61,448 nt of DNA, taken from NCBI GenBank assembly GCA_964595145.1, contig CAZQOM010000001.1, positions 1 to 61,448 on the forward strand. Direction: 5' to 3'. A model generated the notes under the pieces. The model had not been told where the DNA came from. It ran no database searches and saw nothing but the letters and a program-made list of their open reading frames with translations. Positions 1 through 9,941 of the stretch are shown piece after piece. The stretch is from an uncultured Anaeroplasmataceae bacterium (GTDB lineage Bacteria > Bacillota_I > Bacilli_A > Acholeplasmatales > Anaeroplasmataceae). The position numbers were made by a program, and so were the translations under genes. The stretch's first letter is position 1. Each line of letters starts with the position of its first letter.

Positions 1-3000
1 TTTTTTCTTTTAATATATTATCATTTACTGTTACAATACCATCATTATTAACATTAGATTCAGATAATGTATATGCGTTAATATTATAAGATTTAAATTC
101 ATAGCCTTCATAAGAGCCTTTAAATGTTATTTTAACCGCAATACCAATTTGAACATTTGTTGTATTCGATGATACAACAAAAATATCGTAATCAACACCA
201 TTTAAAAGCGTAATAGGAGTGCTTGATGATGTTGTATCTTTTATTTCAAATGTTGGTATTTGTGATGTTCCATTATATATTAAATTAGAATTATAGGCAT
301 ATGATATAACAGCTTCTGTTTTATTTTCACCATCAACATGATATATAGTATTACCACCGCCTATTATATTAAATGTTTTATAAACATAACCTGATGATTC
401 TTGTTCAGTAGTATAATTACCTTGTCCTATAACATATACATAGCCTTCATTAGATATATTAGCTCCACCAAATGTTGTATAATCAACACCTTGAACAAGT
501 GTTATAGTTTCATCTTCTATAGTATATGAAATATTAATTATAGGGATGATTTGAGTACCTGTATAACTTTGATCTTCTATATTAGAAATCATTTGAGAAT
601 TAATTTGTTTTTTATTAATTGTTAAATATGTTTCTGTTATTATTTCATCATAAATATCATCACTAGCTACTTTTATTTTCATAGAATAAATGCCAGCATT
701 AACAGGTTTTAATACACTTATACCATTTAATTTAAATTCAATAGTTATATTTTCCGGTATATTAGATAAATCAATATTTTTATCTTCATTATTATAATTA
801 AATTTAATATTATTTATTGGTTTTGTATCATATGTTTTAGTTAGTGTATTAGAATCATTTATTGATATATTTGTAATACTTGGAGCATTAGATCTAACAA
901 TAACTAATATTTTTGATTTCAATTCATCATAAATATTTTTATATTCTCCTCTTGGCTTACAAACTACATCTATTACAAAAGAACCTAGTTTTAGTACTGT
1001 TGCATAACTATAATCTTCTGTATAAACAAATTCCCATAATGCAGGATATGAATCTAAATTATTATTTAAATCTAACTCTCCAAGAAGAGTTCCTGCATTA
1101 GCTTCTATGTAATATGGTAATTCATAATACATAGTTAATTCTTCAGTATTAGATAAAGACTGACCAACAATATTAAATATTAATTCAATATTACCTGTAT
1201 AATTATTAATACCAACAATTTTTACTTTAGCTTCACCTTTATTTAAATTATCTTCATAACTTGCGGTAAAATCGCCTTCACCTGAAATAGATAATACTAA
1301 TTCTTCTAAATTATTATTATTAATTATATAAATGGTTGGCTTAACAGCAACCCCTTTATAAACTTGATCTTCTATTTCTTTAATATCACATGTATTAATA
1401 TTTTTTCTTTCAATAACAAGACCTTCAGTAATAGTTAAATTAGTAACAGAATCATAAACATCATCTGCTAGTTTATTTAATTTAATCGAATATTTACCTA
1501 CTTCAGTTGGTAAATTTGTTGTCCAAATATTATTTACATAATATTCTAAATTTAAAATATCATTTAATCTATTACTATTATTTTTATCTATTACGCTATA
1601 TACTATATCATTAGCAGAATATTCAAATGTTGACTTAGAATTTTCATCAATTGCTGATGTTACATCATATAAGAATTTAGGATATAATGTAATATCACCA
1701 AATGAAGTCGATGTTAAATTTGTAGCCTTGGTATTAAATTTATCATCTAAATACCACCCTTTAAAATTATAATTTTCTTTAGTTAATATAATATTATCAA
1801 TATTTAGTCCTTGTGTATAAATATACTCATCAACTTGTGTAGTAGTAAATGTCATAGTATCATCTTTAATGTAATTAACATCAAAGACTCTTAAAAAACG
1901 CATACATGTCAAATATTCATCAAAAACATTAAATTGTTCATTAAAATCATTACATTCAACAAAATACATATCAAAAGTTTGGAGGTTAATATTTGAATTA
2001 AATCTTTTTGGTGTAATTAATTCATTTAAAGAATTACATTGATATATCATCTTACAATTATAATAAGTAGTTTCAGAACCTGACAATGTATACGAATCTT
2101 TTTCCATATTACTTAAATCAAAACTGCTTAAGTTTAGAGACTCTAATGCATCACAAAATGCAAAAGTTTCTGATGCATATTCTAACGATAATGTATTAAA
2201 ATTAGTTACATCTATTTCTTTAAGTTTCTTACAATTATAAAACATATGCTGAATATTAACTACATTTTTAGTGACAAAATTAGATACATCTATTGATTCT
2301 AATAATAAACAATTAGAAAACATAGAACACATATCTGTGACATTTGAAGTATCAAAACCACTTACATCTATTGATGTTAATTTATGACATCCAGAAAACA
2401 TATGATTCATATTTGTGACATTTGAAGTATCAAACCCACTTACATCTAAATTTTCTAGTGAATGACATTGATGAAAAAGACCTGCCATATTTGTTACTTT
2501 TGTTGTTTTAAACAATGAGGGATCTATTATTATTGATTTTAATTTACTACAAGCATAAAATAGATATGTCATAGAATTGACATTACCAGTGTTAAATGAA
2601 CTTAAATTTAAGGAAGTTAAATTTTGGCAATAATAAAACAAAGAATCCATATTTGTAACATTTGATGTGTTAAATGAAGTCAAATTTAAAGATTTCAATT
2701 CATTGCAATGACTAAACATATACACCATATTTGTCACTTTTTTTGTATCAAAGTTACTTAAATCTAGAGAAGTTAAATTTTTACAGTTATAAAACATACG
2801 CCCCATATCTGTAACATTTGATGTGTTAAATGAACTTAAATCAACAGATTTAAGAGATTCACAACTGTGGAACATAGAATTCATATTAGTAGCACTAGAA
2901 GTATTTAGTCTACTTAAATCGATAGTCTCTAATGATTTACATCCTTTAAATGTCTCAATAAATTTTATTACTTTTGAACAATCTAAACCACCAAAGTCAA

Positions 3001-3985
3001 TTTTTTTTAATTTTTCACAATCGCGAAAAACACCACCAAAATGAATGAGATTAGTATTCATTTGTTTTGGAAAAATAACTTCAGTTAAATTTTTACAACT
3101 TGAAAAAAAATTAGAAATATTTCTGCATTTTTCTGAAAAATTCCAACTACTTAAATCAATTTTTTTAAATGCTGTACTATAAAAAAAACTAGCGAATTCG
3201 TAAGCATTAGAAAAATCAAAACCTGTTAAATTAACATCATTTAATTTATTACACCCTGCAAAAAAAGATCCAAAGTTTTCAATTTTAGATGTATTAAATG
3301 TATGCAAATCTAAACTTTCAATATTATTGCATCCAACAAACATGTTACACATATTTGTAGTATTACTAGTATTAAAATTTTCAAAATAAATATTTGTTAT
3401 ATTTTCCAAATATGCTTCAGGAGGAGAAGCCGATGTACCTCCCCAAGTTCCAAAAAAACCTCCACAATTCTCAGTTGCATATATTTGGCCATTATTATCA
3501 AGTGTTACTGCTACATCTCCTAAATTAGTTTTATTATAATAAATTGAAACTGAATGTAAATCACCTACTTTAACATAATCACTAATTAAATTTCTAGAAT
3601 AAATAAAACTAAGTTTTGTAATACTTGCTTTTGTATAAAATCCAGCAAGATCTTTTATAAATGAGTTTGGTATAATAACACTATTTTCAGCAACAGCAGC
3701 AACCCCTTCATTTTCTACACTATATGAAGCAATTTCACTATCTTCTTCTATTTCTTCTATATATTCTTCATCGCTATACATATCATTTTCAAAAAAATTT
3801 TCATTTTTTGATATATTTATGTCTTTATTATATTGCTCCTGTAATGAATTTTCACTATCATTAATAGTATTTGAATCTAAAGATTTAGCTTCTATAAATA
3901 CTGTTCCTAGCATAATTAAACATAAAATAAAACAACTAATTGCAAATTTAGATATAAAAAGTATCTTTTTTTTATTTTTTTTCAT
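1..3985 (-). CDS. Large secreted/surface protein, C-terminus beyond the left window edge (at least 1328 aa in window). It has an N-terminal signal/anchor, about 16 DUF285 / 26-residue (BspA-like LRR) repeats, a Listeria-Bacteroides (Flg_new) repeat, then MBG-type repeat modules.
   Basis: Reading the reverse complement from the ATG at 3985 (GGAGGA 10 nt upstream) stays open to position 1. The track lists no minus-strand ORF fragments in 1-4000, which fits a single ORF with no stop inside the window. The translation starts MKKNKKKILFISKFAISCFILCLIMLGTVF. It continues with units like FNTSNVTNMDSLFYYCQNLTSLNLSS, then YNFKGWYLDDKFNT..ITLYPKF, then modules like IEDQSYTGTQIIPI..GVDYT..GNYT. Confidence 0.8.
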   Translation of the reverse strand, partial: MKKNKKKILFISKFAISCFILCLIMLGTVFIEAKSLDSNTINDSENSLQEQYNKDINISKNENFFENDMYSDEEYIEEIEEDSEIASYSVENEGVAAVAENSVIIPNSFIKDLAGFYTKASITKLSFIYSRNLISDYVKVGDLHSVSIYYNKTNLGDVAVTLDNNGQIYATENCGGFFGTWGGTSASPPEAYLENITNIYFENFNTSNTTNMCNMFVGCNNIESLDLHTFNTSKIENFGSFFAGCNKLNDVNLTGFDFSNAYEFASFFYSTAFKKIDLSSWNFSEKCRNISNFFSSCKNLTEVIFPKQMNTNLIHFGGVFRDCEKLKKIDFGGLDCSKVIKFIETFKGCKSLETIDLSRLNTSSATNMNSMFHSCESLKSVDLSSFNTSNVTDMGRMFYNCKNLTSLDLSNFDTKKVTNMVYMFSHCNELKSLNLTSFNTSNVTNMDSLFYYCQNLTSLNLSSFNTGNVNSMTYLFYACSKLKSIIIDPSLFKTTKVTNMAGLFHQCHSLENLDVSGFDTSNVTNMNHMFSGCHKLTSIDVSGFDTSNVTDMCSMFSNCLLLESIDVSNFVTKNVVNIQHMFYNCKKLKEIDVTNFNTLSLEYASETFAFCDALESLNLSSFDLSNMEKDSYTLSGSETTYYNCKMIYQCNSLNELITPKRFNSNINLQTFDMYFVECNDFNEQFNVFDEYLTCMRFLRVFDVNYIKDDTMTFTTTQVDEYIYTQGLNIDNIILTKENYNFKGWYLDDKFNTKATNLTSTSFGDITLYPKFLYDVTSAIDENSKSTFEYSANDIVYSVIDKNNSNRLNDILNLEYYVNNIWTTNLPTEVGKYSIKLNKLADDVYDSVTNLTITEGLVIERKNINTCDIKEIEDQVYKGVAVKPTIYIINNNNLEELVLSISGEGDFTASYEDNLNKGEAKVKIVGINNYTGNIELIFNIVGQSLSNTEELTMYYELPYYIEANAGTLLGELDLNNNLDSYPALWEFVYTEDYSYATVLKLGSFVIDVVCKPRGEYKNIYDELKSKILVIVRSNAPSITNISINDSNTLTKTYDTKPINNIKFNYNNEDKNIDLSNIPENITIEFKLNGISVLKPVNAGIYSMKIKVASDDIYDEIITETYLTINKKQINSQMISNIEDQSYTGTQIIPIINISYTIEDETITLVQGVDYTTFGGANISNEGYVYVIGQGNYTTEQESSGYVYKTFNIIGGGNTIYHVDGENKTEAVISYAYNSNLIYNGTSQIPTFEIKDTTSSSTPITLLNGVDYDIFVVSSNTTNVQIGIAVKITFKGSYEGYEFKSYNINAYTLSESNVNNDGIVTVNDNILKEK
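2006..3403 (-). repeat. Coding tandem-repeat array of about 75-78 nt units (the DUF285/LRR units of the surface protein)
   Basis: Near-identical DNA blocks recur, for example tgacatttgaagtatcaaa(a/c)ccacttacatct at about 2338 and 2413, and taacatttgatgtgttaaatgaa at about 2657 and 2812. The period matches a 25-26 aa protein repeat. Confidence 0.8.
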
Positions 3986-4048
3986 AAATAATTTCCTCCT
4001 TGTACTTTTTTTATAAAAAACTAAATTTAAATATATTTTTACACCTTA

Positions 4049-4076
4049 ATTATACTCTTTTTTTCAATCCTGTCAA
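4049..4076 (-). promoter_or_regulatory. Consensus sigma-A type promoter for the surface protein gene
   Basis: The minus strand reads TTGACA (4071-4076), a 16-nt spacer, then TATAAT (4049-4054). This lies about 65 nt upstream of the ATG at 3985. Confidence 0.55.
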
Positions 4077-4354
4077 ATTATCTTGTATTTTTGTCAAGCA
4101 ATTTTGAACAAATATGCTTATTTTTGGAGATTTTAGCGTTTTTTAGATAATTTTTATAAAAATTTGAAATTATTTTAAAAAAATTAGAATTACATTTTTT
4201 TATAATTTTTATATGGTTTTGTATCATTTTTTTGAAAAGTCAAATATTAAAATACTTTTATATTTATATTTTGGTCCACTTACAATTTAAAATTATATAA
4301 GGGATTTGCTTTACTATAAGAAAATCCAAATTTGATTTATAAGAGGTAATTAAG

Positions 4355-4681
4355 ATGATTCAAAAAACAACAGTATTAGAAAGTAAAAAAACATTTAATG
4401 AAAGATTAAAAGATCTTAGAATTGCAAGGAGATTAAATCAATCAGATGTAGGAAAAGCATTAGGCGTAACCAAACAATCAGTATCCAATTGGGAAAATGA
4501 TAATATTCTACCATCAATGGATTTAATTATTAAGCTTGCTAAATTATTTAATTGTACAGTAGATTATTTAGTTTGTATGACAGACAAACATTTAATTGAT
4601 ACAGAAGGACTAACTGATTCTCAAATTGAACATTTAAATTTGATAATTGAAGATTTGAGAACAGTAAACAAAAATAGATAA
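4355..4681 (+). CDS. XRE-family helix-turn-helix transcriptional regulator (108 aa)
   Basis: The ORF contains the HTH_3 pattern LKDLRIARRLNQSDVGKALGVTKQSVSNWEN. AAGAGG precedes the ATG. Confidence 0.85.
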   Translation: MIQKTTVLESKKTFNERLKDLRIARRLNQSDVGKALGVTKQSVSNWENDNILPSMDLIIKLAKLFNCTVDYLVCMTDKHLIDTEGLTDSQIEHLNLIIEDLRTVNKNR

Positions 4682-4705
4682 TTAAACTTAATAAACTGTA
4701 TAATA

Positions 4706-4770
4706 AAAAGGGCTTTAAAAACCTTTACTTTAAAAAGCTAGGTTTTTAAAAGCCCTTTTTTATTTTTTAT
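4706..4770. terminator. Bidirectional rho-independent terminator between the convergent XRE gene and rlmN
   Basis: aaaaagggctttaaaaacct (4706-4725) pairs with aggtttttaaaagccctttt (4741-4760) with one bulge. It is flanked by A-runs and T-runs on both sides. Confidence 0.8.
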
Positions 4771-4800
4771 ATTTCTATTTCTTCTATTAACATTGATTTA

Positions 4801-5823
4801 TCAACATATATGTTTGCTTCTAAGTTGACCACATGCTGCATCAATATCCGAGCCTTGTTCCTTACGAAGTTGAACATTTATTCTTCTTTTCTTAAGCCAA
4901 TCAAAAAAAGCTACCATATCTTCTTTTTTAGAACGTTCATAAGGTTTTGATATAACTTCATTATAAGGAATTAAATTAACATATACATTTAATCCATGTA
5001 ATAATGTAGCTAATTCATCAGCACAAGCTATAGTATCATTTATACCCTTAATTAAAATATATTCAATAGTTACTCTACGATTTGTTTTATTTATATAATA
5101 TTTAATTGCATCAATTAATTCTTCTATTTTATAAACCTTATTAATAGGCATAATCATATCTCTTATATCATTATTAGGTGCATGTAGACTTATCGCAAGA
5201 TTTACCTGTAAATCAAAATCTGCATATTCCTTAATTTTTGGGACAAGTCCACATGTTGATACTGTAATATGTCTAGCACCTATTTCTAATCCTAAAGGAT
5301 GATTAATTATCTTTAAGAAAGATATAACATTATCATAATTATCAAAAGGTTCTCCTATCCCCATAACAACAACATGACTAACTCTAACATTTGCTAAAAT
5401 TGATACGGTTAAAACTTGTAAAACAATTTCTTTTGTTAAAAGATTTCTTAGTTTTTTCTTCATTCCGCTTGCACAAAACTGACAGTTCATATTACAACCA
5501 ACTTCAGTTGTAACACAAACACTATAACCATAATCATGATTCATTAATACAGTTTCAATTAAATTACCATCTTCTAATTTAAATAAAAACTTTTGAGTAC
5601 CATCACTTGATATTTGATTAGTTACACACTCTAATTGACCAAATGTAAAATCATTATTAAGTCTTTCAATAATTGATTTTTTCATATTAGTTATTTCGTT
5701 AAAAGACTTAATTTTATGTCTATAAAGCCATTCCATCATTTGTGATGAACGAAATGGCTTTTCACCAATCGAAATGAAATATTCTTTAAGCATATCAGAA
5801 GTATAATTATATATACTATTCAT
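4801..5823 (-). CDS. rlmN: 23S rRNA (adenine2503-C2)-methyltransferase, radical SAM RlmN family
   Basis: The 340-aa ORF has the radical-SAM motif CNMNCQFCASG, MGIGEP, and a C-terminal GSDIDAACGQL typical of RlmN/Cfr. Confidence 0.85.
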   Translation of the reverse strand: MNSIYNYTSDMLKEYFISIGEKPFRSSQMMEWLYRHKIKSFNEITNMKKSIIERLNNDFTFGQLECVTNQISSDGTQKFLFKLEDGNLIETVLMNHDYGYSVCVTTEVGCNMNCQFCASGMKKKLRNLLTKEIVLQVLTVSILANVRVSHVVVMGIGEPFDNYDNVISFLKIINHPLGLEIGARHITVSTCGLVPKIKEYADFDLQVNLAISLHAPNNDIRDMIMPINKVYKIEELIDAIKYYINKTNRRVTIEYILIKGINDTIACADELATLLHGLNVYVNLIPYNEVISKPYERSKKEDMVAFFDWLKKRRINVQLRKEQGSDIDAACGQLRSKHIC

Positions 5824-5827
5824 ATAA

Positions 5828-8200
5828 TTACCTCAATTTAGCTTTATAAACATAATCTAATCTATTTACTATAGATTTAATTATTTTATCGACATCTTCT
5901 GTTTCTAATGTTTTAGTATTATCTTCAAAAACAAGTTTAAATGCTAGAGATTTTTCATCTTCTAAAACATTTACTCCAGTATAAACATCAAATAATTCTA
6001 TACTTGTTAATGTCTTTTTACCTGTTTGTTTAATTAAAGCCTCAATATCAGATGATGGAATATCTTTTTTACAAACTATAGCTAAATCTCTAACAATACT
6101 TGGAAATTTATTTAACGGTTTATAACTAAATGGTTTTTCTTCTTTTAATATTTCATCAATACTAATCTCTAATGCTACAGTATTTCCAACACCCATTTTT
6201 TTACTAAAACGTGGATGAAGTTCTCCTATTACACCTATCATTTTATCTTTATATACTATAGCTGCAGTTCTACCTGGATGAAAACTTTTTAAATTATTAT
6301 AAGGTGTAAAAGAAACATTAACATTAAGTTTAGCAAATAAATCTTCTAATATTCCCTTTAATAAATAGAAACTAGCCTCTTGTTTTACACCATTCCATAA
6401 ATGAGAAGAATATAGACCTGAAATAGCTATAGCTAATTTAGTTTCTTCTTTATCAACACTATAAGTTTTACCAATTTCAAATAAACAAATATTATCCTGT
6501 TTACGTGCCTTATTATAACTAACTGCATCTATAACACCATTTAATAGACTTTGACGCATAACTGATCTATCTTCTGTCATAGGCATCATTACACAAATAG
6601 GCTCTAATTTAGATGTAGTATATAAATCTAAATCTTTTTTAGCAATTAATGAATAGCTTACCACTTCATTTAATCCCATATTAGCTAATATTTGACGCAT
6701 TAATCTAGTTCTTTTTTGAACATAAGTTAAGCCACCTTTTGATTCTGTTTTAGCTAATGTAGTTGGTATATTATCATACCCATATATTCTAGCTACATCC
6801 TCTGTAATATCTTGAATAGATGGTTCTAAATCCATTCTTCTTGATGGTATATAAATAACGAATGTAGAATCATTTTGTTCATAACTATAATCTAAACGAT
6901 TAAAGATATCTATTACATCACTATCATTTAAATTAGTACCTAATATAGAATTAATTTTATTTGTAGTAACTTCTACAGATTTAGTTTCAATTTCAACTTT
7001 TATTTCTTTATTTACACCGCTATATACTTCTGCTTCACATAATTCTTCTAATAATTGTGCAGCATAATCTAAAGCTCTTTCAACACGATTATAATCTATT
7101 TTACGTTCAAATCTTGTTGATGATTCACTTTTTAATCCTAAACGATTAGATGTTTTTCTAATTGATAATGGTTCAAAATAAGCTGCCTCTAAAACAATAT
7201 TTGTTGTAGTATTAGTAACTTCTGTTGATGCTCCACCCATAATTCCTGCAACACATAATGCTTCATTTCCATTACTAATTACTATATCATCTACAGTTAA
7301 TGTTCTTGATATATTATCTAAAGTAATTATTTTTTCATTTTCATAAGCACATCTTACAACAATATTATTACCTAATTTATCTGCATCAAATGCATGAAGT
7401 GGTTGTCCTAATTCAATTAAAACAAAATTAGTAATATCAACAACATTATTAATAGGTCTTATTCCACTTGCGATTAATCTTGATTTAAGCCATTCAGGAG
7501 AGCTTTTAATTTTAACATTACTAATATATCTTGTTAAATATTTATAGCATTTATCGGTTTCAACTTTAACATTTATTGGATTTATTTTATCACTTAATGT
7601 TATTGTAGGTTCAATAGGATATATTTTTTGTTTTAATGAAGCAGCAATATCATAGGCTACACCTTCAATTGATAATAAATCAGAACGATTAGATGTTACA
7701 TCTAAATCAATAACAATATCATCTAAACCTAAATATTTTAAAGGATTTTCACCAACAGGAGCATCATCATTAAATAAATATATACCATCTTTAAATCTTT
7801 CATCAATATATTTTTCTTCAATACCAAGTTCTTGTAATGAGCATAACATACCAAATGATTCTACACCTCTAATTTTAGATGGTTTAATCTTAAAATCACC
7901 TGGTAAAACTGCACCTGGTAAAGCAACGATAACCTTAGCACCACTACATACATTAGGAGCTCCACATACTATTTGTGAAACTTCATTTTCTTTTATTTCA
8001 ACTTGGCAAACATGTAGGTGATCACTATCAGGATGCATAACACATTCTAATACCTTACCTATAGTTAAATTAGTAGCTTCAACTAATTTCTTATATGATT
8101 CAATTTCACATACATGAAAACTAATTAAATGATGAAGTTCATCATCTGTAATATTATCTAAATCTAAATAATCTTTTAACCAATTTTTAGAAACCTTCAT
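5828..8200 (-). CDS. pheT: Phenylalanine--tRNA ligase beta subunit
   Basis: The 790-aa ORF has an N-terminal tRNA-binding domain (GKVLECVMHPDSDHLHVCQVEI) and B3/4-B5-FDX-ACB architecture. It sits directly downstream of pheS. Confidence 0.95.
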   Translation of the reverse strand: MKVSKNWLKDYLDLDNITDDELHHLISFHVCEIESYKKLVEATNLTIGKVLECVMHPDSDHLHVCQVEIKENEVSQIVCGAPNVCSGAKVIVALPGAVLPGDFKIKPSKIRGVESFGMLCSLQELGIEEKYIDERFKDGIYLFNDDAPVGENPLKYLGLDDIVIDLDVTSNRSDLLSIEGVAYDIAASLKQKIYPIEPTITLSDKINPINVKVETDKCYKYLTRYISNVKIKSSPEWLKSRLIASGIRPINNVVDITNFVLIELGQPLHAFDADKLGNNIVVRCAYENEKIITLDNISRTLTVDDIVISNGNEALCVAGIMGGASTEVTNTTTNIVLEAAYFEPLSIRKTSNRLGLKSESSTRFERKIDYNRVERALDYAAQLLEELCEAEVYSGVNKEIKVEIETKSVEVTTNKINSILGTNLNDSDVIDIFNRLDYSYEQNDSTFVIYIPSRRMDLEPSIQDITEDVARIYGYDNIPTTLAKTESKGGLTYVQKRTRLMRQILANMGLNEVVSYSLIAKKDLDLYTTSKLEPICVMMPMTEDRSVMRQSLLNGVIDAVSYNKARKQDNICLFEIGKTYSVDKEETKLAIAISGLYSSHLWNGVKQEASFYLLKGILEDLFAKLNVNVSFTPYNNLKSFHPGRTAAIVYKDKMIGVIGELHPRFSKKMGVGNTVALEISIDEILKEEKPFSYKPLNKFPSIVRDLAIVCKKDIPSSDIEALIKQTGKKTLTSIELFDVYTGVNVLEDEKSLAFKLVFEDNTKTLETEDVDKIIKSIVNRLDYVYKAKLR

Positions 8201-8201
8201 T

Positions 8202-9242
8202 TTATTTTTCCTCCTTAAATTGATTTAAGAAACGAATATCATTTGTATAGAAATTTCTAATATCATCTATACGATATTTAAGCATCGTAATTCTTTCAAC
8301 ACCTATACCAAACGCAAATCCTTGAATTTCATTTGGATCATAGCCGCACATCTTAAGTACATTATTATTAACCATACCAGCACCAAGTATTTCAATCCAA
8401 CCAGTATTTTTACAAACTGAACAACCTTTACCACCGCATAATCCACATGAAACATCAACCTCTACTGATGGTTCAGTAAATGGGAAAAATGAAGGTCTAA
8501 GACGTATATTTCTATTTTCATCAAACATCTTTTTAACCATTTCTAATAAAGCTCCCTTTAAGTCAGCTAAAGTAATATCTTTACCTAATACTAGTCCTTC
8601 ACATTGCATAAATTGATGTGAATGTGTTGCATCATCTGCATCTCTTCTGTATACTTTACCTGGACAAATAATCTTTATAGGTTTACCTGTTTGTTCAAGC
8701 ATTGTTCTAACTTGTACTGGAGATGTTTGACTTCTAAGTAATAATTCTGGATTAATATAAAAAGTATCTTGCATATCACGAGCAGGATGTCCTTTAGGTA
8801 AATTAAGCTTTTCAAAACAGTTTTCATCTGTTTCTATTTCAGGACCCTCAGCTACAGTATAACCCATACTAATATATAAATCCTCTAAATCCATAATAGT
8901 TTGATTAAGTGGATGAATACCACCAACAGGAAGTTTAACTCCAGGAAGTGTTACATCTATTGTTTCACTTTTTAATTTATGTTCAATAATTGCATCTTCT
9001 ATTGCTATTCTTTTAGCTTCAAATTTTTCTTCTATCATTTGTTTTATTTTATTTGAACGCATACCAAATTCTTTTCTAGCTTCACTAGATAAATTACGCA
9101 TATTAGCCATAGCATTTGCTATAATACCTTTTTTACCTAAGTAATTAGCTTTCTTTTGTTGTAAAGTATTTAAATCAGCAACCTCATTTAAATCATCATC
9201 TAAAGAATTAACAACTTTTTCTAAATCATCTAATTCATTCAT
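8202..9242 (-). CDS. pheS: Phenylalanine--tRNA ligase alpha subunit
   Basis: Class II aaRS motifs are present: [26 protein letters not shown] and [11 protein letters not shown]. Confidence 0.95.
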   Translation of the reverse strand: MNELDDLEKVVNSLDDDLNEVADLNTLQQKKANYLGKKGIIANAMANMRNLSSEARKEFGMRSNKIKQMIEEKFEAKRIAIEDAIIEHKLKSETIDVTLPGVKLPVGGIHPLNQTIMDLEDLYISMGYTVAEGPEIETDENCFEKLNLPKGHPARDMQDTFYINPELLLRSQTSPVQVRTMLEQTGKPIKIICPGKVYRRDADDATHSHQFMQCEGLVLGKDITLADLKGALLEMVKKMFDENRNIRLRPSFFPFTEPSVEVDVSCGLCGGKGCSVCKNTGWIEILGAGMVNNNVLKMCGYDPNEIQGFAFGIGVERITMLKYRIDDIRNFYTNDIRFLNQFKEEK

Positions 9243-9486
9243 TTTTAATTTCCTCCTAAAATAAAAAATCCTTAAAAGAATAATCTTCTAAGGACGAATT
9301 ACCGTGTTACCACCTTAGTTCTATATTACTATAGCACTCATTAAAGGTTAACGCCCTACTACGGATGTTATTAGCATCACTTAAAAGGTGAATTCATAAA
9401 GCTATTTATAGAGGTTTCCACCAATCCCTCTTCTCTAAAATAAAATCACTTTATTACTAGTCCTTTATCATCATTTTAATTATTAC
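9243..9486 (-). promoter_or_regulatory. T-box leader (Phe specifier) with terminator/antiterminator, controlling pheST
   Basis: The minus strand carries an AGAGA box and a specifier context AUGAAUUCACC, with UUC at 9390-9392 followed by a purine. It also has the T-box sequence AAGGUGGUAACACGG (9301-9316 region) and an 11-bp terminator hairpin (9269-9294) followed by UUUUUUAUUUU. Confidence 0.85.
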
Positions 9487-9492
9487 TTCACT

Positions 9493-9521
9493 ATTTTATC
9501 AAAATATAACTATTTTAGCAA
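9493..9521 (-). promoter_or_regulatory. Candidate sigma-A promoter for the pheST T-box leader
   Basis: The minus strand reads TTGCTA (9516-9521), a 17-nt spacer, then TGA-TAAAAT, an extended -10 at 9493-9498. Confidence 0.45.
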
Positions 9522-9535
9522 TGTTTTTTTATCAA

Positions 9536-9937
9536 TTAATCTTCTTTATTCTTTTTATTTTTTCTTTTTCTTCTTATTGTTATACTATATCCATATGATA
9601 AAATGAAAATAACAATAGAGGGCATAAAAATCCAACCAGTAGCATATAACCATTGCCAACCTGTTAATGAATATAAAATTTTATGAAGATCTAAAATTGA
9701 AGATAAACCACTAAATGATAATTCAATTAATAATATCATATCTTGATTAGATTTAAATATTAACAAAAGTAACTGAGATATACCACAAAATATCATAGGT
9801 ACAGAAAAAATACTTAAAATAGCTTGTAAAATACCATATTTTTTATAATGAAAACAACATATTAAAAAAGGTATTATTGTAATTACAATTGCAATTAATA
9901 TAATATATATTTGATTTGATAAAATATTATCTATCAT
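9536..9937 (-). CDS. Small hypothetical integral membrane protein (133 aa, about 4 TM, Lys/Arg-rich C-terminal tail)
   Basis: The ORF is in the track and has a hydrophobic segment pattern. It lies 4 nt downstream of yhaM. I recognised no motif. Confidence 0.6.
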   Translation of the reverse strand: MIDNILSNQIYIILIAIVITIIPFLICCFHYKKYGILQAILSIFSVPMIFCGISQLLLLIFKSNQDMILLIELSFSGLSSILDLHKILYSLTGWQWLYATGWIFMPSIVIFILSYGYSITIRRKRKNKKNKED

Positions 9938-9941
9938 TTTT

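Noticed and set aside
2006-3403. Regularly spaced repeats of about 75 nt that could superficially resemble a CRISPR array
   Set aside because: The repeats are imperfect and contiguous, with no unique spacers. They lie in one open reading frame and encode the 25-26 aa DUF285/LRR unit.
1-4000. The idea that the lack of tracked ORFs here reflects an alternative genetic code (UGA=Trp, as in Mollicutes)
   Set aside because: The minus-strand frame is open under the standard code. Trp is encoded by TGG throughout the window. TGA terminates at least one good gene (the methyltransferase, at 59396-59398). The gap in the track is explained by the ORF running off the window edge.
913-4016. Three short plus-strand ORFs in the track (913-1101, 2823-3044, 3819-4016)
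   Set aside because: They lie antisense to the long uninterrupted minus-strand surface-protein ORF and have low-complexity, Leu/Ile/Phe/Asn-rich translations typical of AT-rich antisense frames. I found no SD sequences.
4355-4681. The XRE regulator as half of a toxin-antitoxin or phage-repressor module
   Set aside because: There is no adjacent small partner ORF, no integrase or phage genes, and the gene is bounded by a strong terminator. It looks like a standalone regulator, possibly of the divergent surface-protein gene.
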